Assembly (NCBI GenBank): GCA_963803435.1
Contig: CAWDML010000005.1
Location: 448,001 to 512,000 of the forward strand
DNA: 64,000 nucleotides
Direction: 5' to 3'
From: an uncultured delta proteobacterium
Lineage (GTDB): Bacteria > Myxococcota > Kuafuiibacteriia > Kuafuiibacteriales > Kuafuiibacteriaceae
Part shown: in pieces, positions 9,816 to 19,927 of the stretch
Position numbering within the stretch: position 1 is the first letter of the stretch
Layout: every line of letters begins with the position of its first letter
The notes under the pieces: model-generated
The model's input: only the letters and a program-made list of their open reading frames with translations
Told to the model about the DNA's origin: nothing
Database searches by the model: none
Made by a program: the position numbers and the translations under genes

Positions 9816-10855
9816 TCCGCGTGAGGTGCCTCGCCGTGCTCGGAGGGTCGCTCGCGATCGCGCTCGGCGGCTGCACGGCGGACACCACCGGCCTCGGTCC
9901 CGGCCCGGGCGCGGACGCTGGGGCTTCGGCCGACGCCGCGGTGAGGGGAGACGCCGGCACGTTGCTCGACGCGTCCGTGGATGCCGGAACAGCGGACAGC
10001 GGAGCCGCGCCGGGTGTCTACTGGACGATAGAGGAGCGCTCGGACCAGACCGAGATCGCGATCCGGCGGACGACCGTCCCCGAAGGCGAGGTCTTCATCC
10101 CGCTGTTCATGACCACTGCCAACGCCTGCCAGGCGGCCGGCCCGGCGAACGCCGAGGCGCAGGCCAATCACCGGGTGATGATCCGCTCCTGGTTCTGGTT
10201 CGCGCACCTGCCCGTCCCGGCGAGCTGCCCCTTGATCTCCGACCGCGTCGAACGGCTCGTCTCGGTGACGCTGACACCGGGCGACTGGCTGATCCAGATC
10301 GGCACCGAACACGTGACGCTGACGGTCACACCGGTGACCGACTGCTCCGGCGACGGGATCTCCTGTGCCGGCGACTGCGCGTGCGGCGGGGGCGATCTCT
10401 GCCTCCCTGGCGCCGGCGACACCAGGCTCTGCGGACGCCCCTGCGAGCCGATCGCCCCCGACGCTGCGACCGGCGCCGATCCGCTGGCCGATCTCGAGTG
10501 TGGCCCGAGCGACGGCTGCGTCCAGGACCCGAGCCTCGAGGTCCCGCGTTGCGCGCCTCGCGCCTCGATCGGTTGCTCTGACGATCGCCCGTGCCCGACC
10601 GGCATGAGCTGCCCGACGAGCGATCCGCTGCCGGCCTGCCGCTGGGCGATCCAGCTGAGCGCCGCCGTCCGGCACCCTTGCACGACCGACACCGACTGCG
10701 ATCCCGCGCTCCAATGCGTCGAAGGCCGCGAGCAAGAGCGGCACTGCGAGGTCCCATGCCTCACCAGCCAGATGCCGTGCCCACCCCAGCACGTTTGCCA
10801 GATCGACGCGGTGGCCACCGACGCCCAGTGGGTCTGCGAGTGGCAGGGCGAGTAG
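9812..10855 (+). CDS. Cys-rich lipoprotein
   Basis: Lipobox LAIALGGC, DAG-rich linker and repeated CxxDxDC-type motifs. Confidence 0.75.
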   Translation: MIRVRCLAVLGGSLAIALGGCTADTTGLGPGPGADAGASADAAVRGDAGTLLDASVDAGTADSGAAPGVYWTIEERSDQTEIAIRRTTVPEGEVFIPLFMTTANACQAAGPANAEAQANHRVMIRSWFWFAHLPVPASCPLISDRVERLVSVTLTPGDWLIQIGTEHVTLTVTPVTDCSGDGISCAGDCACGGGDLCLPGAGDTRLCGRPCEPIAPDAATGADPLADLECGPSDGCVQDPSLEVPRCAPRASIGCSDDRPCPTGMSCPTSDPLPACRWAIQLSAAVRHPCTTDTDCDPALQCVEGREQERHCEVPCLTSQMPCPPQHVCQIDAVATDAQWVCEWQGE

Positions 10856-10907
10856 CGGAGCTGCGGAAGATCCGCCGCCTCCGTGCGTAGGCCTCCACGG
10901 GAGCTTC

Positions 10908-12137
10908 TTGATCCTCGCTCGCACCCTCTGGTTCCTCTCGTTGAGCGCCTGCTGCTGCGATCCGTCGGATCCGTCGGATCCCGCCGCGACCGCCGAGGCT
11001 CGCTTCGCCAACGCGTTCCTCGACGACCTGGCGCAGGGACGGAACCAGGCCGCCTTCGACAAGATGAACTTCATCGGCCCGCCGCCCGTCGGCTTCGATG
11101 CGACCCGGCTCGGGCAACGCGCCGACCGGCTGGGGCTGAGCCGGGTCGAGAGCACTCGCTGGACCCGCGCGCACTATCTCCTCAATCCGCCCAACCCCAA
11201 CCGCGACCCGTTCGAAGATCGGGTGCTGAAGTGCATCTCCAACCTCAACCCTCCGATGAAGCTCGAAGCGACGGTGGTCGCGAACGGGCGCGAGCGTCCC
11301 TTGAGCCTCGTCGTCCGGGACACGGACGGCCTGCACCTGGCGGAGGTCCACCTCGGAAGCAGCCCTCTGGTTCCCTCCGGTCTGCCGACCAGCTATCGAG
11401 CGCCGGAGGAACCTCGTCCGCCGGGTGAGCTTCTCCGCCGCGCGACGATCGATCGGCACGCTGTCGGCGCCCAGTCGTACCTCCGGGTCCGATCACCCGT
11501 TGCAGTCCCGCACGAAGCATCGGTGACAATGACCGGAGACTGCACGACCGGCGATCGCTGGTACCGGAGCGTCATCGTCACCCACCGCGCGGAGCCGCTC
11601 TCTCTGTCGCTCGCGCTGCGGCCGCCTGCGCCCGACCTCTGCGAGCTGCGGGTTCGGCTGAGCCGAGGGACCATCGTCGAGACGCGCACCTGGTGCTGGA
11701 CCGAGACCGAGATCTCGGAGGCGCCCTGCAAGGAGCGACCGGTGCCGCGCCGTCGATCCGAGCACCCGGTGCTCGTCGAGCAGGTCGCCCGCCGCGTCTC
11801 CGACAACGGCTTGCTCCGGCTCGACTACGATCTTCACGCCAACGAGCAGCTCCCCGAACCCGGGGCCCCCGAGCGCCACCACCTCGAAGCTCGCGTCCGC
11901 TGCCCCGGCCAGGACGTGCGCCGCGTGACCCGCCCGGCGAATCGCGAGTCGCAGCCGTTCGGACTCTTCACCAAGCGCAGCGCGCTCTATGTCGAGCGGC
12001 CGTCGGCCTTCGCGGTCCCATGCTCCGTCGAGATCGAGTGGGTGGCGGAGACGCCCTACGAGCGCAAGACCGCGATGCTGTTCGAGGGCTGCCTCACCGA
12101 CACGGAAGTGACGCCCGGCCGCTGCCCGTACGAGTAG
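10908..12137 (+). CDS. putative lipoprotein
   Basis: LSLSACCC lipobox-like start on a 409-aa ORF. Confidence 0.6.
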   Translation: MILARTLWFLSLSACCCDPSDPSDPAATAEARFANAFLDDLAQGRNQAAFDKMNFIGPPPVGFDATRLGQRADRLGLSRVESTRWTRAHYLLNPPNPNRDPFEDRVLKCISNLNPPMKLEATVVANGRERPLSLVVRDTDGLHLAEVHLGSSPLVPSGLPTSYRAPEEPRPPGELLRRATIDRHAVGAQSYLRVRSPVAVPHEASVTMTGDCTTGDRWYRSVIVTHRAEPLSLSLALRPPAPDLCELRVRLSRGTIVETRTWCWTETEISEAPCKERPVPRRRSEHPVLVEQVARRVSDNGLLRLDYDLHANEQLPEPGAPERHHLEARVRCPGQDVRRVTRPANRESQPFGLFTKRSALYVERPSAFAVPCSVEIEWVAETPYERKTAMLFEGCLTDTEVTPGRCPYE

Positions 12138-13300
12138 AGGTTGAGACCACCATTTTCAGCGATCGGATCCCGATTGAGCCAGCGACCGACTTGAGCCGAG
12201 TATCCTGCGCAAGATTTATCCCGCTCGGCCCATGAACGAAGTGTCCTGTACAACCGAAATCGCTCTCGGAACCGGTGCCGGACGACTGCCCAGCGCCGCA
12301 GCTATCGTAGCTGTAGGTTCGTTCGATGGTCTCACCATCGTTGGCGATCACGTCCCTTACCGAACCCAATCGATCCTTGGCAGAGAAGTGGTGGGTCGAG
12401 CCATCGAGGAAGCCCTCGTCGAAGTAGTTTCGAACCAGCGTCGATCCGGAGCCGTTCCGCTTCTGGCAGATGCGATCGTCGCACCACACGAAGACGAGGT
12501 TCGCCGTCTCAACGCTGTTCTCGATCTCTTGGATCCGCACGCGGCGGAGCGCGCCATCGTACTGGAAGACCGACCCGTGCGTGCCTTCGATGATCCGCAC
12601 CAGGCGGTTCTGCTGGTCCCATCGAAATTCTCGCCGCACTGATCCGTTCGGCTCCCGCTCGAAGCGCAGGTTTCCATCAGCATCGTACTCGTAGAGCGTC
12701 GTCGTCCCCGTGGTCGTGACCTCGTACCTCTGCAGGGTCGAGTTGTCGTTCCCGTCCACCGCCTCGATGCTGACGAGGTTGCTGCCGACCTCCAGATCCA
12801 CCACCGCTTCGAAGCGATACGGCGCTTCACCGTCCGTCGAGATCACCTTCGCCGGCTGCCCGTTGGCAGTCACGAGGGCCGGGTCGTCGACCGTTCCCGC
12901 GAAGGTGGTCGGCCCGAAGCCGTGCTCGGAGACGAGCTGGTTCCGACTGTTGACCCTGTAGTTCCGGCCCACCGGCGTCACCGTTCCGGTCACCACCTGG
13001 GTTCTGTCGCCCGCGCGATTGTAGCTGTAGCGTTCCCAGTCGAGCAGAGTCTCGCTTGCATCGTGGCGGATCACTTCCGTGAGCTGCTGGACTGCATCAT
13101 ACGCGTAGGTCCAGGTTGTCGGGCCACCGCCGCCTTGCTCGATCGTCAGCGTGTCCACCGTCCGATCCTAGTTGTACGCGTAGTCGAATTGGGAAGTGAC
13201 CGCCGGCGTCTGCCCGGAGCTGAGGTTCTTGATCTGCTTCAACGGATGATCCCCAGTTGATCCAAAGTAGTCGTACTGCAGCTGAAGTACTGACCCCGAA
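12125..13300 (-). pseudogene. RHS/YD-repeat protein remnant including a degenerate RHS core end
   Basis: YD repeats (YAYDAVQQL, YEYDADGNL, WDQQNRL, DRLGSVR), an internal stop near 13168, and GRWLNRDPIAENGGLNLYSY in a shifted frame. No toxin tip. Confidence 0.85.
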
Positions 13301-13500
13301 GCGATTTTCGCAGGAGATGGCTTTGCAGGACTGCGGCGATCCGATTCGCTTAAACTTAAAGCGATTCTACTGAGTAGATGGCGGACGTGGGAAGCGCCCT
13401 GACGCGGTTTCCGGGATGGGACGCGAGGCGTGCCAGGGAGCGCTTCGGTGGCTGCCTCCCGACCGGCACCGCTCGATGCTACCACCTCGGCAAGAAGCAG

Positions 13501-13812
13501 CTAAAGGTCGACGTTGAGCTCCGGCGGGTCCTCCTGCGCAGCGCCCCACACGGCGATGATGCGGACAATCTTCTTCTCCTCATCCACGTGGTAGTAGAGG
13601 TGGCGCTCGGTCCCGGTGAGGTTCAGGCGGTAAATCTGGCGGCCCTCGAAAACGTCATACCGCGTTCCGAGATGCGGATTCTCGGCGAGGAGCTTCTTGG
13701 CCTTCGCGAGCTCGGTGCGAAAGAGCGTCGGATTCTTGTCTCGGTTCTTCTTCCACCAGGCGGCTGCGCTTCGGGCTTGTCGTTGAGCTTGGATTGAGAG
13801 TCGGACCTTCAC
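13501..13812 (-). CDS. type II toxin, RelE/ParE family
   Basis: LAENPHLG...HLYYHV...VRIIAVW; GTG start overlaps the antitoxin stop (GTGA). Confidence 0.85.
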   Translation of the reverse strand: MKVRLSIQAQRQARSAAAWWKKNRDKNPTLFRTELAKAKKLLAENPHLGTRYDVFEGRQIYRLNLTGTERHLYYHVDEEKKIVRIIAVWGAAQEDPPELNVDL

Positions 13813-14045
13813 GGCGTCGAGTCGGCCGCCTCGAGCTCCGCGAGAAAGTCGTCCATGTCCATGTCCTTCGCCGGATCGTCGGCGAGACCGCGGCGGATGG
13901 CAGCGTGCAGGCGCTCGCGTTCCCCGGGCGACATCTCGGCCTCGGCATTCGCGGGCACGAGCTCGAGCACCATGCCATCCGGCAAATCCGTCGGCTCGTC
14001 GAGCGTCAGGCGGCCGCCCACCACGCGCGCTTTGAAGACATGCAT
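13809..14045 (-). CDS. antitoxin of the ParE-type module
   Basis: 78 aa: KARVVGGRLTLDEPTDLPDG, then LHAAIRRGLAD and an acidic tail; directly upstream of the toxin. Confidence 0.8.
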   Translation of the reverse strand: MHVFKARVVGGRLTLDEPTDLPDGMVLELVPANAEAEMSPGERERLHAAIRRGLADDPAKDMDMDDFLAELEAADSTP

Positions 14046-14802
14046 CGGCAGCGATCCTAGCACAGCCGTTCGCTCCTTGGTCCGCCGCCGTGCACGCATT
14101 TCGTTCCGTGGCCTGCGAGGCGAACACGTACCAGACCGGCCGCCTGTCGATGCATACCGACGGCGTCCACTACAAGCGCGTGCTCTGCTACCAAAGAACG
14201 GGCGGCTCCACTCGATGTACCAGGTCATGGAGACGGCGACCTGGAGCAACTCGAGCGCTCGGGGCATCTCGCGGATCTATGACCTCAACGGCAATCTGCA
14301 GTACGAGTACCTCGAGGATTGAGAGCGTTCTCGATATCTGAAGCCGTCCTCATCACGCTCTTTGATGGACCGACCGGCACGGGCGGTGAGATCGCTGTGC
14401 TGGCTGCGAATGCCGCTGGTGACGAAGGGGCGATGGGGAGGCCGGCGTTGTATCGACGTGCGGAGGCACCGCGTCAGGCAGAGACTCGGCCGCCGCCGTC
14501 ACGGAGCACTACTGGGGCTCCGCCCCAGCCCCGGGCGCAAACTGCGTTTGCTGGTTGGAGCCGACGATGGGGTGTTGGCGATCCCGCGAAACCGCAGCTA
14601 TTCGCTGAAGTCGCAAAAGACCGAGGTGGGAGGCGTCGCGGGCGTAGCGTGAGAATGCGAGAGCAGCTGCCCTCGCCAAACTGCGTTTTCTCCCACGGCG
14701 GACGAGGAAGGACCGACAGGGAGCGTCCGCACGTGGTCTCGGGTCGGTCGCCACCGTTGCCCGATCTGGTGAGTGACTCCCTGCCGGTCCGAGATCAATC
14801 AG

Positions 14803-14842
14803 CCGTTCCGGTTCCCTCCCTTAGGGTGGGGAACGGGAACGG
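14803..14842. repeat. 40-bp inverted repeat CCGTTCCGGTTCCC-TCCCTTAGGGTG-GGGAACGGGAACGG
   Basis: Outer arms are 13/14 complementary, with an inner CCCT-T-AGGG. Confidence 0.75.
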
Positions 14843-14949
14843 GCCTCATAGACCAGCCGTTCTTCTGCTTCGTGATCGCACCGGCAGCAACGAGCCTGGA
14901 GCGCGCGTCGGTGAGCCGGGCGCTCCGTACGTGTAGCTGCGCGCTCGAA

Positions 14950-16133
14950 GGAGCGGACGAAGCACAAAGGGATCACACGTCTGCCGGACGGGCGCTACCG
15001 AGTGAGGGTGCGCGTTCAAGATCCGAAGACGGGCGAAGAGATCGATCGCGATGAGACCGTGGAAGGAAGCATTCAAGACGCGGTGAAGGTGCAGGAGGAG
15101 GCGCGCGCGGAAGGTGGCTGCGAAGCTCGGCGTTCCGACCGGTTCCGCAGCGCGAGCCGATGACCTTGGGGACTGCGCGAAGCTGTGGCTGGCGCAGTGC
15201 ACTCGGGACGGTGATGCGCAGTCGACGCTCGATGCCCGGATCCAGATCCTCGAGCACCACATTCTCCCGCATCTCGGAAGGTACCTCGTGCAGCGAATCG
15301 ATCGGCACGATCTCAAGGAGTGGGTCCGGACGGTGTCGGCGGAGACGAAGCCGAACGGCGAGCACTACAGCGAGGAGACGTTCAAAGGATGGTGGCGGGC
15401 GCTCCGCGCGCTGCTTCGATGGACCGTGGAGGAGCTCGATTCTGCCGACGGATCCGACGTCGCGATTCGATCCGAAGCGCTACGTTCATCGCCAGCTGCG
15501 GCGCGGAGTCCAGGCGGAGAAGGGAACGAACGCGCTCACCCCGAAGGAGCTCGGTCCATTCTTGGCGAAGGCGAAAGAGTTGTATCCGCAGCACTACGCG
15601 ATGATGGTCGTCGGTTTCTTCACGGCATGCGGTGGAGCGAGCTGTCCGCGTTGCGCTGGGAGCACTTCAAGCCTGAGACGAAGGAGATCGAGATCCGGAA
15701 CTCGCAGTGGAGGCAGAGCGTTCGCGAGCGGCCGAAGGCGGGTCGCGTGCGAACGGCGGCGTTCGACGACTTCATCTGGAGCGTGATGCAGGAGCATCGG
15801 CACTGGATGATGAAGGCGCAGGTGCCCGGCTTCGACAGCGGGCTCTGCTTCCCGTCGGACACCCGCGGCTATCGGCATCAGTCGGTGCTCGACAAGCTGT
15901 TCGCGCGGATCTGCGAGGCCGTCGGGATCGCGAAGCATCTCAGCTCGAAGTGCTTCCGCCGGACCTTCAACGATCTCTGCCGACATGCGCACGTGGATGC
16001 GATCGTACTGCGCTCGCAGATCGGTCACACCGATGCGCGCATGTCCGAGGTCTACGCGAGCGTCGATCCGTCGGAAAAGCGGCGCGCGCTGGCGCAGGTG
16101 AGGCACCTCGTCGGTCTGGGAAGCGAGCAATGA
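14950..16133 (+). pseudogene. tyrosine recombinase / phage-type integrase, multiply frameshifted
   Basis: N-terminal GRYRVRV; catalytic motifs GMRWSEL, SKCFRRTF and QIGHTDARMSEVY. Frameshifts near 15110, 15440 and 15620; no clear start codon. Confidence 0.9.
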
Positions 16134-16277
16134 GGATGATGCCTTTCGGAGAACGGCGAGTTCGGCGAGGAGTGCCATCTCGAGCAGTTTTCCGTCGGAG
16201 ACGAGCCGAGCTCGCGAAGTTCAAGCGTCTCGCCGATCTGGGGAGCGACCGGAGCTGGAGACGTTTTTCGGAAAAAC

Positions 16278-16297
16278 GGGGAGTTCAGCGGGGAGTT
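16278..16297 (+). repeat. putative integrase arm-type sites (CGGGGAGTT x2; related CGGCGAGTT near 16154)
   Basis: Short direct repeats between the integrase stop and the tRNA fragment. Confidence 0.5.
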
Positions 16298-16362
16298 TGG
16301 GGGGTGGAACCCTTTTTTTGCTTGTCCCGGGCTCCGACGCATGTCAAAGAGTCCGAGCACTT

Positions 16363-16401
16363 GGGCGCATAACTCAGCTGGTTAGAGTGCCATCTTCACA
16401 C
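16363..16401 (+). tRNA. 5' half of tRNA-Val(CAC), truncated at the anticodon loop (att-site remnant)
   Basis: GGGCGCA-TA-ACTC-AGCTGGTTA-GAGT-G-CCATC-TTCACAC gives the acceptor 5' strand, D-arm, anticodon stem 5' strand and loop. The 3' half is absent. Confidence 0.85.
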
Positions 16402-16543
16402 TTCGTCCGGACCACTTCGCCGCCTCTTCCAAGATCGCCGAGATCAACCGCCGAAGCATCGAGTGCTATCGCGGATTTCCACGTCATCGTGAGCAGTTGC
16501 CGCATGGTGCGGCAGACCCGTTCCTGAACCCAACCGACGCCTC

Positions 16544-16610
16544 GAGCGTCACGCGGGAACACGGAGCGTCACGGGTCGACACGACGAAATGGCAGCGCGA
16601 ATGGCAGCGC
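16544..16610 (+). repeat. paired direct repeats GAGCGTCACG x2 and AATGGCAGCGC x2 (candidate arm sites)
   Basis: Seen about 150-200 bp right of the tRNA fragment. Confidence 0.5.
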
Positions 16611-16659
16611 CGGTTGCCCGCCCCGAGACCGCCTGCCAGGGTGCGAACCCACCTCGGTC

Positions 16660-18138
16660 ATGGAACGCCAGCAAGTCCACCTCGGAGCTACGACTTGGTT
16701 TCTTCTTCCGGACAAGCCACTCGGCCGCGCCGGAGGCTTCGGTGCCGTATTCGCAGGCGAGTCGAGCGAGGGCGCTCCCGTCGCCATCAAGCGACTTCAC
16801 ATCAACGCGGAGAGCGCCGCAGGCCGAGAGCTCCGGGTCGCCGACCTCGTTCGGGAGAAGGAGCGAAGGCACGTCATCCCGATCTTGGACGCGGGACGCT
16901 CCAAGGAAGACGGCCGCTACTACATCGTCATGGCGCGCGCGGGAGGAAGTCTGCGTGCCCTCTTGGAGGATCGGGGCAAGCTCAGCGTTGCAGAGGCGCT
17001 GATGGTGGCCCGAGAGATCGTCGACGGGCTTCTCGAGCTCGAGGAGATCATCCACCGCGACCTGAAGCCCGACAACGTGCTTTCGTTCGATGATCGGTGG
17101 TGCGTCGCCGACTTCGGCATCGCTCGCTTCGTCGAAGCGGCGACGTCGTTGAACACGCTCAAGGACTGCTGGACCCCGGTGTACGCGGCGCCGGAGCAGT
17201 GGAACATGGAGCCGACTTCGCACGCGACGGACGTCTACGCTCTCGGCTGCATCCTGTTCGAGCTCATCCAAGGTGTGCCGCCTTTTGGCGGTTCAACGCG
17301 GGAGGAACTTCGGGCCGCGCATCTTCACAACCCACCTCCCTCTTTGCTCGGTGACCCACGCCTGTCGACGCTGGTGGTCTCGTCGCTCTCGAAAAATCCT
17401 GTAGCGCGCCCCGCTCTGGCCTCGGTCCGAATCTCGATCGCCGAGCTCCTCGATCATCCCTCCCCTGGACATGCTCCGTTGGCCGCCGCCGCCGCTGCGG
17501 TCGCTGCGCGCCAAGCGGCCGCAGAAGCCGAGGCGAGAAAGGTGGCTAACGCGAATCAGGCTCGCGTACAGCTCCAGGACGACGCACGCCGGACGCTCAT
17601 CGCCATCCTCGAGCGATTCACGGCAGACGTCCGAGGAGACGCTGCGAATGCCTCGGTCGAGTTCAACGAGGATCGGGGCACGCTTCGGATCGCTCTCGGT
17701 AGAGGCCGAGTCGTGATCAAGCCGATGGCAGCAATACCGCCCGGAGCGTTCTCGGCGTCGCAGTGGGACGTCGTCTTCGGATGGGTCTTGCTCCTTTCGC
17801 AGGAGGGGGCCGAATACTCGGGACGCTCGGCCAACCTGTGGTTTGTGAAGCGCCCCGGGGAGCCCGACTACCGGTGGCGTGAGCACTCGTACATGACGCA
17901 CCCGCTCTTCAAGCAGAAGCGGCCCGATGAGCCCTACGCGATGAGAGACGCTGCCCATCTCAAGGACGCCGATCTCGCGATTGCACCGGGAACGCACACC
18001 GTCCAGGAAGGCTCGCCGGCGTTTGCCAGCGATCGCGAAGACACGCAGACATTCATTGCTCGCTGGTTGCGTCGCTTGGCCGCGGCAGCAACGGGCTCGC
18101 TCTCACGACCAGGCGGCCTACCGGACAACGAGAGGTGA
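16660..18138 (+). CDS. Hanks-type Ser/Thr protein kinase with uncharacterised C-terminal domain
   Basis: GGFGAV, VAIK, HRDLKPDN, DFG, YAAPE and DVYALG motifs; no transmembrane segment. Confidence 0.93.
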   Translation: MERQQVHLGATTWFLLPDKPLGRAGGFGAVFAGESSEGAPVAIKRLHINAESAAGRELRVADLVREKERRHVIPILDAGRSKEDGRYYIVMARAGGSLRALLEDRGKLSVAEALMVAREIVDGLLELEEIIHRDLKPDNVLSFDDRWCVADFGIARFVEAATSLNTLKDCWTPVYAAPEQWNMEPTSHATDVYALGCILFELIQGVPPFGGSTREELRAAHLHNPPPSLLGDPRLSTLVVSSLSKNPVARPALASVRISIAELLDHPSPGHAPLAAAAAAVAARQAAAEAEARKVANANQARVQLQDDARRTLIAILERFTADVRGDAANASVEFNEDRGTLRIALGRGRVVIKPMAAIPPGAFSASQWDVVFGWVLLLSQEGAEYSGRSANLWFVKRPGEPDYRWREHSYMTHPLFKQKRPDEPYAMRDAAHLKDADLAIAPGTHTVQEGSPAFASDREDTQTFIARWLRRLAAAATGSLSRPGGLPDNER

Positions 18139-18208
18139 ACGCGTGATTCATCGGCGCGGTCCACTCAGAAGGACTTGATCGCTGATGGAGGGCCTCTGCC
18201 TCAGCGCC

Positions 18209-19255
18209 TCAGCCAGCGTTGAGCTCAGCCTCGATGACGCCCAATCGCTCGATGATCGACTCGAAGGCCGGCGCCTCACCCAAGATCATGCCCTGCATCG
18301 CTTCGTAGTCTCGCTCGAGCTCGGCTCGTACTTCCTGCTGCGGCACGATCCTGATGGAGCCGGGCGTCGCCTCCTCGAACTTCTTCCAGGCTTGCCGGAA
18401 GGCGACGAGGTTGTGCTCGCGGACGTCGGTCCAAAGCGCCGTATCCTTGTGCGCGCTCCGGCCGAGCTCCGTACTGCTGATCATCGCGACGTCATAGAAG
18501 TGCCTGGATAGTCGATCGCGGTCGCCGGGAAGACGTTTGGCGTCGCGATATCCACAGTGAACACCGTGCAGAATGAGCAGCTTCTCCCAATACGTTCGCT
18601 CCGGCCGAATGCAAGCCACGTTGCGGACGGCCAGATCCCAGTCCTCGCCGAGCTCGGCCTGGATGAACGGTGCGGGCGCTATCGTGGTGCTCGGGTCCAG
18701 CGCAGACCGAGCCCCGCACTCGATCTTGACCCTCGGCTCAACATAGCCCTGGCTCGATCCGGCCTTTGAACCACTCGGATATTCGATGAGCAGCGTTTGT
18801 TGATCGGGATCGGTGTCGTTGGCACTCACGGTGCACCCAGCACGCGCCAACAGACCGACGAGCTCCGAGGCCAGCCTTCCGCGAACGTACTCTCCGCAGG
18901 CGGCCTTGAGCGCGTCGAAGCGGCGCAGCCGCTCCTTGTTCGGGATGCCCGATGCGCGGTTGGTCGGATCGTCATCGCCGCCAAAGCCGAGGTCGTCGCG
19001 AAAGACGACGATGTCGATGTCTTCGGAGAAGCGGCTGATGAGACCAAATCCCTTGGACAACGAGGTGCCGCCTTTGAACAAGAGCCTCGCGTGACCGCCT
19101 GGCAAGCGATTGAAGAGAGCGTCGAGGACGACGCACACCCAGAAGTCCTTCTCGATGTACTCCGGCCTGGTGTCGAGGCGCTGGCCGGCGATGCTGAACA
19201 CGTCGAAGCGCTCTTTGCTCTTGAGATCGATGAAGTCGGCGAACGTCGAGCTCAC
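18209..19255 (-). CDS. abiEii: AbiEii/AbiGii nucleotidyltransferase toxin (type IV TA)
   Basis: EKDFW, FKGGTSLSK, RFSEDID, ERTYWEK and SRHFYD motifs; GTG start overlaps the upstream stop. Confidence 0.92.
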   Translation of the reverse strand: MSSTFADFIDLKSKERFDVFSIAGQRLDTRPEYIEKDFWVCVVLDALFNRLPGGHARLLFKGGTSLSKGFGLISRFSEDIDIVVFRDDLGFGGDDDPTNRASGIPNKERLRRFDALKAACGEYVRGRLASELVGLLARAGCTVSANDTDPDQQTLLIEYPSGSKAGSSQGYVEPRVKIECGARSALDPSTTIAPAPFIQAELGEDWDLAVRNVACIRPERTYWEKLLILHGVHCGYRDAKRLPGDRDRLSRHFYDVAMISSTELGRSAHKDTALWTDVREHNLVAFRQAWKKFEEATPGSIRIVPQQEVRAELERDYEAMQGMILGEAPAFESIIERLGVIEAELNAG

Positions 19256-19884
19256 GCGGTAACCTCGGGCTCGACAACCTGCTTGGCGATCGGAATCGCC
19301 CACGCCGGAAGCGACGAAGCCTGCTTGGAGAGGTCACGCTTCACAGAGTCCGGCAATTGCCTTCTCAAAAGGCTGATGGTCTGGGGGTCGCTCGCCACCC
19401 GGGGCCCGAGCCAAAGCAACGCTTGCACCGCAGAGGCCGCCGGCCGGTCTGCCCACCGCATGAGCTTTGGGCTCGCATGCCGGAACCGAACCGTCCAACC
19501 CGCGATCGTGAGCGTGCGAGTCCGGCCGTCGGTCACGTAGGCAACCTTCGCCGGCACCGCATTGGTGAGGCCGAGTCGATGGGCCGCAACGATGCCGTCG
19601 GGCATTAGCCGGATGTCGTCCCGCCTCGAAACCGCCTGGACGGCGGAGTCGAGGTCCGGGGGCGCCGACCGTTTCAGAGCCGCGTTGAACCGTGGGAGAT
19701 CGTAGAGGCCACGAGCAACACGCCGGAGCTGGCCTGCCTTCGCCAACCGGCTCAGAGCTTGATCCACCGCGGCGCGGTTCCCGAGATCCAAGAAGTCCTT
19801 GGGGGTGCAGACCCACTGGCCAAGACCGTGAGCCCTCACTCGGCACAGAATCCTGTCTGCTATATTGGAGACTTGAGTGATCAT
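19252..19884 (-). CDS. abiEi: AbiEi-type antitoxin (DUF6088-like)
   Basis: DFLDLGNRAAVDQALSRL...RVARGLY winged-HTH and LGLTNAVP...YVTDG; coupled to abiEii. Confidence 0.88.
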   Translation of the reverse strand: MITQVSNIADRILCRVRAHGLGQWVCTPKDFLDLGNRAAVDQALSRLAKAGQLRRVARGLYDLPRFNAALKRSAPPDLDSAVQAVSRRDDIRLMPDGIVAAHRLGLTNAVPAKVAYVTDGRTRTLTIAGWTVRFRHASPKLMRWADRPAASAVQALLWLGPRVASDPQTISLLRRQLPDSVKRDLSKQASSLPAWAIPIAKQVVEPEVTA

Positions 19885-19899
19885 CGGTGACCTCGGTCT

Positions 19900-19927
19900 G
19901 TCAGAAGAATGTGCATCTTCTCCTGAC
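19900..19927. promoter_or_regulatory. inverted-repeat operator upstream of abiEi
   Basis: GTCAGAAGA-N10-TCTCCTGAC (8/9 match), 15 bp upstream of the start. AbiE operons are known to autoregulate through inverted repeats. Confidence 0.65.

Noticed and set aside
13343-13370. dif/Xer site
   Set aside because: The left arm resembles a XerC site, but there is no XerD-like arm at the right spacing.
16363-16440. Functional tRNA-Val gene
   Set aside because: The anticodon stem 3' strand, T-arm and acceptor 3' strand are missing.
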